This document shows, one piece after another, positions 17,899 through 25,349 of a stretch of DNA of 64,000 nt. The stretch lies in contig DATLQI010000038.1 of NCBI GenBank assembly GCA_035535295.1, positions 95,973 through 159,972 on the forward strand. Direction: 5' to 3'. The notes under the pieces were generated by a model. The model had not been told where the DNA came from, did not search any database, and saw only the letters and a program-made list of their open reading frames with translations. Position 1 is the first letter of the stretch, and every line of letters starts with the position of its first letter. The position numbers and the translations under genes are program-made. This DNA comes from Solirubrobacterales bacterium (GTDB taxonomy: Bacteria; Actinomycetota; Thermoleophilia; Solirubrobacterales; 70-9).

Positions 17899-18993
17899 AT
17901 GACCCAACCGAGCTTGGAGGCCGCAAAGGAGTTGAGCGAATGGCGCCCGCCGCTGGGCGTCCTTTCCGTTTTCCTCGGATTCGACCCGGCCGATCGCGGC
18001 GGCGCTTGGCGAACCGCCTTGCGCAACGACCTCGACTCGATCCTCGAGACCCAGCAGGAAGCCGAGCACGACCGCCGCGTGGCGCTGCGGGCGACGGCGA
18101 AACGGCTGACCGAACGCTTCGAAGACGGGGAGTTGCGACCGCCTCCTCGGGGCGAAGTCGGCTTCGTCGAAGTAGCCGAGAAGGAGGGGACCGAGCACTG
18201 GTTCGGGACCGCGGTGGCGCCGGTCGCCGACGCCTGCGTCGAGTTCGGCGTCGACCCGGTGGTGGCGCCGTTGTTGGACCTCTGCGGCCGCGGCGGCGCC
18301 CGGGGAGTAGCCCTGCTCTCCTCTGAGCGGGTGCGGCTGTTGCGCTGCGCCGAAGGCTCGCTGGAGGATCTCGAGGACTGGGAGCTGAGCGTGACCATGC
18401 TCGACTGGCGTGAGCGCAAATCCCAGAGCACCAACAACCCGGCCCGCGCCCAGGGGGTCAGCGCCTCCGGCCACGACCAGTTCGACGAACGGCTCGACCA
18501 CAACCGCCAGCGCTTTTTGGGCGAGTGCGGTGGCCTGGTCGTCCGCCGCCTCGAGGCGGACGGGATGGGCGAGCTGATCGTCTTTGGTCCCAGCAAGGAC
18601 GTGGAGAGCTTCAAATCCGGTTTTGGCTCGCCGCAGGCGACGCTGACCGTCGGCGGCGACCAAGATCTGATCTCGGTCCCCACGGGTAAGGTGGCCGAGG
18701 TCGTCTCCGAGGTTGTCAGCCGCCTCGACGAGGAGCGAGATCGCGCTGTCGTCGAGCGAGCCCTGGGCGAAGCGAAGGGGGGCAGTCGCGGCGCTGCCGG
18801 CCTGCAGGAGGTGAAAGAGGCGCTGGTCGAAGGCCGCGTCGACCACCTCGTCTTCGACGGCGGGATCGGCGAGGAGGGCGAGTCGCTGATCCGGGCGGCG
18901 ATGTCCAGCGGCGCTCGGATCACGGTGATCCGCGACGAGCTCGCGGCCCCGCTGGCCGAGGCCGATGGGGTCGCCGCGCTCCTGCGCTACTGA
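17899..18993 (+). CDS. eRF1-like bacterial release-factor-family protein (baeRF / Vms1-like)
   Basis: N-terminal PLGVLSVFLGFDP, central SGHDQFDERLDHNRQRFL (resembles the eRF1 GGQ-RF-HN segment) and C-terminal GVAALLRY, as I recall for baeRF families. Confidence 0.65.
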   Translation: MTQPSLEAAKELSEWRPPLGVLSVFLGFDPADRGGAWRTALRNDLDSILETQQEAEHDRRVALRATAKRLTERFEDGELRPPPRGEVGFVEVAEKEGTEHWFGTAVAPVADACVEFGVDPVVAPLLDLCGRGGARGVALLSSERVRLLRCAEGSLEDLEDWELSVTMLDWRERKSQSTNNPARAQGVSASGHDQFDERLDHNRQRFLGECGGLVVRRLEADGMGELIVFGPSKDVESFKSGFGSPQATLTVGGDQDLISVPTGKVAEVVSEVVSRLDEERDRAVVERALGEAKGGSRGAAGLQEVKEALVEGRVDHLVFDGGIGEEGESLIRAAMSSGARITVIRDELAAPLAEADGVAALLRY

Positions 18994-19017
18994 GTTCCCT
19001 TTATGTGACCGCAGTCC

Positions 19018-19044
19018 GGTTCGCAGCTCCTCCAGCGGGGGTAC
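19018..19044 (+). promoter_or_regulatory. SigB/SigF-type promoter, near match GGTTC-N16-GGGTAC (CsbD-like gene)
   Basis: Lies in the 93-nt gap after the baeRF stop. It argues against the track start at 19045. Confidence 0.45.
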
Positions 19045-19086
19045 GTGGAAAGGAATGAAGAGGACGAACCGAGAAGGAGAGCGAGC

Positions 19087-19587
19087 TTGAGCGAGCAAGA
19101 GAAGGTCGCCGGAGGCCCCTTGGGCAAGGTAGTTGGAAAAGCAAAGCAGATGGCCGGCGCGGTTCTCGACCGCGACGACCTGCACCGCGAGGGGAAGCTG
19201 CAGGAGGTCCAGGCCGACGCGGAGGCGGAAGCCGCAGCGAAGGCGGCGGAGGCCGAGCGCAAGGAAGAGGAAGCCGAGATCGAGGCCGAGCGGGCGGAGA
19301 CCGAGGCCGAGCGCCACGAGGTCGAACTCGAGGCTGCCGAGATCGAGGCCGAGGAGGAGGCCGAGCGTCGGCGGGCCGAAGAGGAGCGGGAAGCAGCCAA
19401 CCGCGCCCAGGCCGAGAAAGCCGCCGCCGAGCGCCAACGGCTGGCCGGTGAAGAGCGCGCCGCTGCCAAACGCCAACAGGCCGCGGCAGAGAAGGGCGCG
19501 GCGAAGGGCGAGGCAGCCGAGCTGCAGCGCGAAGCCGACCGGGCCGAAGAGGCTGCTGCCGCGATCGATCCCAAGGAGGAGAACTAG
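19087..19587 (+). CDS. CsbD-like stress protein fused to Glu/Ala/Arg-rich coiled-coil (hydrophilin-like)
   Basis: TTG at 19087 after GAAGGAGAG. GKVVGKAKQMAGAVLDRDDLHREGK fits the CsbD pattern. The remainder is low-complexity EAER repeats. Confidence 0.6.
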   Translation: MSEQEKVAGGPLGKVVGKAKQMAGAVLDRDDLHREGKLQEVQADAEAEAAAKAAEAERKEEEAEIEAERAETEAERHEVELEAAEIEAEEEAERRRAEEEREAANRAQAEKAAAERQRLAGEERAAAKRQQAAAEKGAAKGEAAELQREADRAEEAAAAIDPKEEN

Positions 19588-19589
19588 AG

Positions 19590-20207
19590 ATGGCGATGCC
19601 GACTGTTCCGAGGACGATCTTCAACTCGTCGCTGAAGCTGGCCCGGGCCCCGTTCGACGTCGCGCTGGGCGCGCTCGGTGGCTCCGATTCCGGGGCCAAA
19701 CACCTGATCGACCGGGCCGAAGCGGGCGCCCGCAGCGCCACCGGCGTCCTCTTCGCCGACCCGGAGCTGCGCGAAGAAGGCCGAGCGGCGCTGCTGGCGA
19801 CGAAAGAGCGCGAGCGGGCGACCGAGCTGCGCGAGAAAGCCGAGGTGCGGGAAGGCGAGGCCGAGGAGCGCCAGGCCCGGGCCGCCGAAGCGGCCGGGAA
19901 AGCGGCCGCGGAGGCGCGGCGCAACGCCGAGCAGGAGAAGCGCAAAGCGGAGAAGCGGCGGCGCGAACGCGAGGCACGGGCGAAGAAAGCCGAGGCGAAG
20001 AAGAAGGAGAAAACCGCCAAAGCCGCGAGCAAAGCCAAACGCGCCAACGCCAAAGCCGAGAAGACCGCGCAGCTGGAGAAGCTCGAGGCCAAGGAAGAGA
20101 GCATCGAGGCCAAGGAGGAGGCGGCGGCGACCGAGCGCGAGGCGAAGCGACTGCAGGAGGCCGCGGCCGCGGCCAAGGAGGCGCGGAAGAACGGTGACGG
20201 CAGCTGA
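19590..20207 (+). CDS. charged coiled-coil / hydrophilin-like protein
   Basis: RBS GGAGGAG. Lys/Glu/Ala-rich C-terminal two-thirds. Confidence 0.55.
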   Translation: MAMPTVPRTIFNSSLKLARAPFDVALGALGGSDSGAKHLIDRAEAGARSATGVLFADPELREEGRAALLATKERERATELREKAEVREGEAEERQARAAEAAGKAAAEARRNAEQEKRKAEKRRREREARAKKAEAKKKEKTAKAASKAKRANAKAEKTAQLEKLEAKEESIEAKEEAAATEREAKRLQEAAAAAKEARKNGDGS

Positions 20208-20706
20208 CGGGACCTTCTTCCACAGCTGTCCGGCCGAAGCCGACCCCGCCTCGCTGCTGGACCCCGACCAGCAAATAACCGAGCCCTGGGGTGAGCCCGA
20301 ACACGGCCCCTGCGACAAGTGCGGAGGCCGCGGCACGACCGAGTACGAGTGCTTCTCCTGCATGGAGGCGGGCTCGGACCCCGGCTGCCTCGTCTGCCAG
20401 GGGCGGGTTCGCTTCGAGCAGACCTGCCCCACCTGCCAGGGAACTGGCGAGATCCACCGCACCCGGCGCAAGGGCATCGCCGTCTTCCCCCGCCGCGAGG
20501 GGCTCTATCGCTACCTCGCCTGGAAAAGCGATTCCGAGCCCGAGGGCAAGGTCGTGGTCGAGGTGGCGGCGAGACTGAGCGATGACTGTGACCTCGACGC
20601 CGACCACGGGGCACTGCTGGTCTTCCCGGAGCGGGTGGTCGCGGTCGAGCCGCTCGACCCTGAGGTGGTCGAGGCGATCAGCGAACGCGTCGGCGAAGAG
20701 AACTGA
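20194..20706 (+). CDS. DnaJ-type zinc-finger-like protein (four CxxC motifs)
   Basis: CDKCGGRG, CFSC, CLVCQG and CPTCQGTG motifs. The start overlaps the upstream gene end. Confidence 0.55.
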   Translation: MTAADGTFFHSCPAEADPASLLDPDQQITEPWGEPEHGPCDKCGGRGTTEYECFSCMEAGSDPGCLVCQGRVRFEQTCPTCQGTGEIHRTRRKGIAVFPRREGLYRYLAWKSDSEPEGKVVVEVAARLSDDCDLDADHGALLVFPERVVAVEPLDPEVVEAISERVGEEN

Positions 20707-20712
20707 GCGCGC

Positions 20713-21120
20713 TCAACCTTCGCGCTCCTGTTGCTCCCTCGGCTCGAGGTAGAAGACCTCTGCGCAGACGTCGACGCCCGCGTCGAGGCCGCTGATGAAG
20801 GCGCGGACCTTGCGCCCCGTCAGGCGTTCGACGATCTCCGTGAACCTGTCGTGGGTGGCCGCCTGGAAGTACATCCGGGTGTCGCGCAGGCGCTGGTGCT
20901 CGCCGAGGTCGGCGAGGCTGCGCTCGGCCGGCGTGAAGGTGTTCTCCAGCGAGCAGATGACGATGTCGGGACCGGCGAACTCGGTCCGCGCTTTGGTCGG
21001 CCCGCGCCCGAACAGTTCCTTGTAGAGACGGACCATCTCGCGCGAGATCTCCGCCCGGATCGACTCGAAGGTGTGGTGGTGATCGCCGTCCTGTGACGCC
21101 ATCGTCGGGTCGTGTGCCAT
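20713..21120 (-). CDS. DUF2294 (MpsC-like) family protein
   Basis: ISREMVRLYKELFGRGPTKART...ERSL...LTGRKVRAFIS pattern. Confidence 0.8.
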   Translation of the reverse strand: MAHDPTMASQDGDHHHTFESIRAEISREMVRLYKELFGRGPTKARTEFAGPDIVICSLENTFTPAERSLADLGEHQRLRDTRMYFQAATHDRFTEIVERLTGRKVRAFISGLDAGVDVCAEVFYLEPREQQEREG

Positions 21121-21129
21121 GTCGTTTCC

Positions 21130-21159
21130 ATACCCTCCGACCGCGACGATTTATCAACC
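21130..21159 (-). promoter_or_regulatory. SigB/SigF-type -10 GGGTAT with 9-nt gap to ATG 21120; weak -35 (GGTTG at N19)
   Basis: Exact GGGTAT and the recurring 9-nt spacing, but the -35 spacing is out of range. Confidence 0.4.
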
Positions 21160-21173
21160 TAATCCGCGGGTAG
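21148..21173 (+). promoter_or_regulatory. SigB/SigF-type promoter, near match GATTT-N15-GGGTAG (CDGSH operon)
   Basis: 14 nt before the ATG at 21188. Confidence 0.45.
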
Positions 21174-21187
21174 TCGAAACCGCGGCC

Positions 21188-21421
21188 ATGCCACCAGACC
21201 AGTCGCCCCCAGCCACCATCACCCCTTATCCCGACGGCCCTTACCTGGTCCGCGGCGAGTTCGCCGTCACCGACCAGGAGGGGAACGAGCTGCCGGTCGA
21301 GCGGCGCACGATCGCGCTCTGCCGCTGCGGCAAGTCCCGCATGCGCCCGTTCTGCGACGGCACCCACAAGCTGATCGGGTTCAAAGCCCCGAGTGGGCCG
21401 GAGCCATGGCCGGGCGCCTGA
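21188..21421 (+). CDS. CDGSH iron-sulfur domain protein
   Basis: CRCGKSRMRPFCDGTH signature. ATG at 21188 chosen over the track start 21119. Confidence 0.8.
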   Translation: MPPDQSPPATITPYPDGPYLVRGEFAVTDQEGNELPVERRTIALCRCGKSRMRPFCDGTHKLIGFKAPSGPEPWPGA

Positions 21422-22425
21422 TCGAGCTGCCCCCGCCGCGGGGGCCGCTCAGCGAGCAGCTGTTCGAGGCGCTGGAAGGGCCGGCGCGCACCCGCCTCGC
21501 CTGCCCGGGCCTGGTCGAGCCGGACGACCCGCTGGCCGACGAGGACCTTCAGCTCGCCCTCTACGTCGCCTACGAGCTCCACTACACCGCGATCGCCGGC
21601 GTCGACGAGGCCTGGGAGTGGTCGCCCTCGCTGCTCTCCTTCCGCGGCGCCCTCGAGCGCCCTTTCGAAGAAGCGGTGGCGGAGCTGGTGGCGCCGGCCG
21701 AAGCGGCGGAGCTGGAGTCGGTCGGGGCCGCCCTGCAGGAGATCGTCGCCGAGGACCCAGGCCCGCCGCTCTCCCGCTACATGGAGACGCAGGGGACGCA
21801 GGAGCAGATGCTCGAGCACGTCGTCCACCGCTCCGCCTACCAGCTGAAGGAGGCCGATCCGCACTCCTGGGCGATCCCGCGCCTAACCCCGCGGCCGAAG
21901 GCGGCCCTGCTGGAGGTCCAGTTCGACGAGTACGGCGGCGGCAGCGCCGAGCGCATGCACTCGGCGCTGTTCGCGCAGACGATGGCCGGCCTCGGCCTCG
22001 ACCCGACCTACGGGCACTACCTCGACCGTTGGCCGGGGATCACGCTGGCGACGGTCAACCTGATCACCAACTTCGGCATGCACCGCCGCCGCCGCGGCGC
22101 CCTCGTCGGCCACCTCGCCGGCTTCGAGATGACCTCCTCGATCCCCAACCGCCGCTACGGCAACGCCCTGCGCCGGCTCGGGCACGGCCAGGAGGTGACG
22201 CACTTCTACGACGAGCACGTCGAGGCCGACGCCGTGCACGAGAACATCGCCGCCTGGGACCTGGCCGGCGGGCTCGCCGCCGAGGAGCCGGAGGTGGCCG
22301 CCGACATCCTCTTTGGCGCCCGGGCGCTGCTCCAGGTCGAGGCGCGCTGGGCGGGCCACCTGATGGACTCGTGGGAGCGGGGGGAGACGTCGCTGCGCTC
22401 GCCCCTGGTCCCCGTCGCCGCGTGA
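21406..22425 (+). CDS. iron-containing redox enzyme family protein (heme-oxygenase-like diiron fold)
   Basis: EVQFDEYGGG, GHLAGFEM and DEHVEADAVHE carboxylate/His motifs. 16-nt overlap with the CDGSH gene. Confidence 0.7.
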   Translation: MAGRLIELPPPRGPLSEQLFEALEGPARTRLACPGLVEPDDPLADEDLQLALYVAYELHYTAIAGVDEAWEWSPSLLSFRGALERPFEEAVAELVAPAEAAELESVGAALQEIVAEDPGPPLSRYMETQGTQEQMLEHVVHRSAYQLKEADPHSWAIPRLTPRPKAALLEVQFDEYGGGSAERMHSALFAQTMAGLGLDPTYGHYLDRWPGITLATVNLITNFGMHRRRRGALVGHLAGFEMTSSIPNRRYGNALRRLGHGQEVTHFYDEHVEADAVHENIAAWDLAGGLAAEEPEVAADILFGARALLQVEARWAGHLMDSWERGETSLRSPLVPVAA

Positions 22426-23462
22426 GCGCTCCGCTCGAGCTCAGCTACGTGGTGCCGGTGCGCTGGCGGGGCGGCGAGCAGCGGGAGGATCTGGCGGCCT
22501 ACCTGGCCGAGATCGCGCCTCATTGCGCCGAGGTGATCGTCGTCGACGGCTCCCCAGCCGAGGTTTTCGCCGCCAACGCCCAGGCGTGGGGCGGGCTCGT
22601 CACCCACGTGCCGCCGCTGGAGGACGAGCGCTGGCTGATGGGGAAAGTCTCCGGGGTGCGGACCGGCGTCCGCCTCGCCTCGCACGAGCGGGTCGTGATC
22701 GCCGACGACGACGTCCGCTACGAACTCGAGGCGCTGCGCCGGACGGCCGCCCTGCTCGACGCCCACGACCTGGTGCGGCCGCAGAACTACTTCAGCTCGC
22801 TGCCCTGGCACGCCCGCTGGGATACTGCCCGCACCCTGCTCAACCGCTGCCTCGGCCGCGACTACCCGGGGACGTTGGCGGTGCGGCGCTCGCGCCTGCT
22901 GGCGATGGGCCTCTACGACGGCGACGTCCTCTTCGAGAACCTGGAGCTGATCCGCACCGTCCGCGCCCACGGCGGCAGCGACGTCGCCCCGCTCGACCTC
23001 TACGTCGCCAGGGTGCCGCCCTCGTCGGAGCACTTCTGGGGCCAGCGTACCCGCCAGGCCTACGACGACTTCGCCCTGCCGCTGCGGATGGCGCTCTGGC
23101 TCGCGGTCGTTCCGCTGCTGGCGCTGGACTGGCGCCGGAGACATGCCGACGGGACGAAAGTACCCCTATATGGAGGGAAATCGTCCCATCGGCCTCGTAG
23201 TGGGCTGATGGCGGCTGCTCTCTCGGTTGCGATGGCGGAGGTGGGACGCCGGCGCGCTGGCGGCGCCGCCTACTTCCCGGCCTCCTCTTCCCTCTTGGCG
23301 CCGGTCTGGGTCCTCGAGCGCGGGGTCTGCGCCTGGCTCGCGGTCCTCCAGCGCCTGCGCTTCGGCGGCGTCCGCTACGGCGACTCGGTCATCCCCGTCG
23401 CCGCCCACTCCGAGCGACAGATCCGCCGCCGGCTCGCCAGGCCGACGCCGGTCGGGAGCTAG
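22422..23462 (+). CDS. family 2 glycosyltransferase with C-terminal membrane segment; carries an in-frame 49-bp palindromic repeat
   Basis: GTG at 22422 overlaps the upstream stop (GTGA). SYVVPV...VIVVDGS...ADDD pattern. Confidence 0.75.
   Translation: MSAPLELSYVVPVRWRGGEQREDLAAYLAEIAPHCAEVIVVDGSPAEVFAANAQAWGGLVTHVPPLEDERWLMGKVSGVRTGVRLASHERVVIADDDVRYELEALRRTAALLDAHDLVRPQNYFSSLPWHARWDTARTLLNRCLGRDYPGTLAVRRSRLLAMGLYDGDVLFENLELIRTVRAHGGSDVAPLDLYVARVPPSSEHFWGQRTRQAYDDFALPLRMALWLAVVPLLALDWRRRHADGTKVPLYGGKSSHRPRSGLMAAALSVAMAEVGRRRAGGAAYFPASSSLLAPVWVLERGVCAWLAVLQRLRFGGVRYGDSVIPVAAHSERQIRRRLARPTPVGS
23145..23193 (+). repeat. 49-bp palindromic repeat, copy 1 (inside the GT2 coding sequence)
   Basis: 47/49 identical to 63622..63670. 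12-bp arms GCCGACGGGACG / CGTCCCATCGGC (one mismatch). 25-nt AT-richer loop GAAAGTACCCCTATATGGAGGGAAAT. Confidence 0.85.
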
Positions 23463-23827
23463 GCGGCGGGCTGGATCGCCTGGACGTCCGCGAGCGAGGC
23501 GTAGGGGAGCCTCTCCTCGAGCCCGGTCAGGCTGAGCACGCGGCGCACTCCCGGCGTTTCGCTGGGGATGAACTGAATCCGGCGCGCGTCCGGGCGCCCG
23601 AGCGCCGTGATCAGCAGGGCGATTCCGGTCGAGTCGAGGAACTCCAGCTTGCTGAGGTCGATCAGAACCGGCCGCTTCGAGTTGAGCGCCTCTTCCAGCT
23701 TCAGCTCGGCGGTGCCGGCGTTCGAGAGGTCGAGCTCTCCCTGCAGGCAGCAGCGAATGCGTTCGCCTTCTTCAAGCTGCTCGACGACCAGTAACCCGTC
23801 CTGGGTTCGAGAATCGATGATCGGCAC
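23459..23827 (-). CDS. STAS-domain anti-sigma-factor antagonist
   Basis: LDLSKLEFLDSTGIALL motif. GTG start after GGAGG. Confidence 0.85.
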   Translation of the reverse strand: MPIIDSRTQDGLLVVEQLEEGERIRCCLQGELDLSNAGTAELKLEEALNSKRPVLIDLSKLEFLDSTGIALLITALGRPDARRIQFIPSETPGVRRVLSLTGLEERLPYASLADVQAIQPAA

Positions 23828-23954
23828 TTCGGAAACCTCCGTTTTGAATTGATCGGAAGTCCCGGGGCGCCCCGCGGTGGGCGTACACGGTCTTGCCTTG
23901 GACTAGTGTCCAACCGGCGCCGCGGGGCGGCACCGGCGAACCCATCTGGGGATG

Positions 23955-24119
23955 CTACCGCAGTCGGGGAACCGTCGTGGAAATCGGCGAAAGCCTTTTT
24001 CGCGCAGCGCGGACTCGCTGCAGGATCCTGTCGCGCTTCAGAGCGGGTCCGAGCTCGGGTCCGCGAATCTCCTCCTGGGGACGGGCCAAGGGCTGGGTGC
24101 TGGGTGCTGGGGCGGGCAT
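23955..24119 (-). CDS. possible small ORF (54 aa) in the long STAS leader
   Basis: ATG at 24119 is 9 nt after GGAGGAAAG. No family recognised. Weak. Confidence 0.25.
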   Translation of the reverse strand: MPAPAPSTQPLARPQEEIRGPELGPALKRDRILQRVRAARKRLSPISTTVPRLR

Positions 24120-24259
24120 TTCTTCTTTCCTCCGGCTTTGGAAAATTGGGTGATCTGGTGGATCTGGTACCTCTCCCAATCTCCGTGCGACGCCGTGAGA
24201 AGTGAGCGGTTTTACCTCCCGACACAAGCCGCGCTGAGACGGTTATGCCGAGAGTCTGA

Positions 24260-24285
24260 TTACCCAGTGATCCGGTCCACAAACC
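24260..24285 (-). promoter_or_regulatory. SigB/SigF-type promoter GGTTT-N15-GGGTAA
   Basis: Strict match on the minus strand, about 130 nt upstream of the sORF and about 430 nt upstream of the STAS start. Confidence 0.6.
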
Positions 24286-24374
24286 TTGCCTTTCCGGAGC
24301 CCCTCAGTGACATCGTGCACGAAGCCGTTTCGATCCCCGGGTAGGCGGGAACACGCATTCGCAAGAGGTAGCTG

Positions 24375-25307
24375 ATGAAACACGCCGGTTTCCAACACGA
24401 AGCCCTCATCTACGACGGCCCCTCGGAGTACCTGGCCGGGACCGTCCCCTTCCTCCAGGCTGGAATCGAGTCCGGTCAGCGCATTCTGGTGGCTGTCGGA
24501 CCGGAGCAGACCGAGTGGCTGCGGCGGGAGCTGGGCGCCGACGCCAGGAGGGTCAGCTTCACCGACATGCGCGAAGTCGGACGCAACCCGGCGACGATCA
24601 TCCCCCTCTGGCGCGACTTCGTCGAGGCGGCCGGGGGCTGCCCGGTGCGCGGAATCGGCGAACCGGTCTGGGCCTCGCGCAGCGACGCGGCGCTGGAGGA
24701 GTGCCGGCGCCACGAGTCCCTGCTCAACTTCGCCTTCGACGGCGGACCCGCCTGGGACCTGCTCTGCCCCTACGACGCCGCCTCGATCGGCGACGACATC
24801 ATGGAGAAGGTGGCCCACTCGCACCCCTGCCTGCAGCGCGAAGGCCGCCACGAGCCCAGCGCCACCTACGAGCCCGACCCCGACTGCTTTGCCGGCGAGC
24901 TGTCGGTGCCGGCCGCGAGGCCGGAGGTCTTCGAGTTCTCCGTCACCGATCTCGGCGACGTTCGAAGCCGGGTCACCGCCGCGGCCGAGGAAGTCGGGAT
25001 GGACCCCGGCGGAGTGGCGGACCTGGTCGTCGCCGCGAGCGAGCTGGCCGCCAACAGCGTCATGCACGGCGGCGGCAGCGGCACCCTGCGCCTCTGGCGC
25101 GAGGACGGGCGGGTCCTGGTCGAGGTCGAGGACCGCGGCCGGATCGAGGACCCCCTCGTCGGCCGCCTCCGTCCCAGCATCTCGCAGGAGGGCGGCCGCG
25201 GCCTCTGGCTCGCCAACAAGCTCTGCGACCTGGTTCAGATCCGCTCCGGCGAGGCGGGCACGACGGTGCGCCTGCACGCGCTGGCGCCGGAGATGGCCTA
25301 CGTCTAG
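24375..25307 (+). CDS. MEDS domain + HATPase anti-sigma-factor-like regulatory protein (RsbA-like)
   Basis: N-terminal HEALIYDG...FLQAGIESGQRILV (MEDS). C-terminal ELAANSVMHGGG...GRGLWLANKLCD (HATPase_c-like). Confidence 0.75.
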   Translation: MKHAGFQHEALIYDGPSEYLAGTVPFLQAGIESGQRILVAVGPEQTEWLRRELGADARRVSFTDMREVGRNPATIIPLWRDFVEAAGGCPVRGIGEPVWASRSDAALEECRRHESLLNFAFDGGPAWDLLCPYDAASIGDDIMEKVAHSHPCLQREGRHEPSATYEPDPDCFAGELSVPAARPEVFEFSVTDLGDVRSRVTAAAEEVGMDPGGVADLVVAASELAANSVMHGGGSGTLRLWREDGRVLVEVEDRGRIEDPLVGRLRPSISQEGGRGLWLANKLCDLVQIRSGEAGTTVRLHALAPEMAYV

Positions 25308-25334
25308 ATCGAAGGCGTGGCATCGGGCTGCCGC

Positions 25335-25340
25335 GGGTAG
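25335..25340 (+). promoter_or_regulatory. GGGTAG -10-like element, 9 nt before ATG 25350 (no convincing -35)
   Basis: Same -10 sequence and 9-nt spacing as the strict sites. The -35 position reads GGCGT. Confidence 0.3.
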
Positions 25341-25349
25341 CTGGCGGAC

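Noticed and set aside
19100-20200. Repetitive GAGGCCGAG/GCGGCGAAG-type sequence that could be mistaken for a repeat array or CRISPR.
   Set aside because: There are no regular repeat-spacer units. The periodicity is codon-level low complexity from the Glu/Ala/Arg/Lys-rich coiled-coil proteins.
23800-23815. GGTTCGAG, a tRNA T-loop-like string.
   Set aside because: It lies inside the STAS coding sequence. No acceptor or anticodon stems can be drawn around it.
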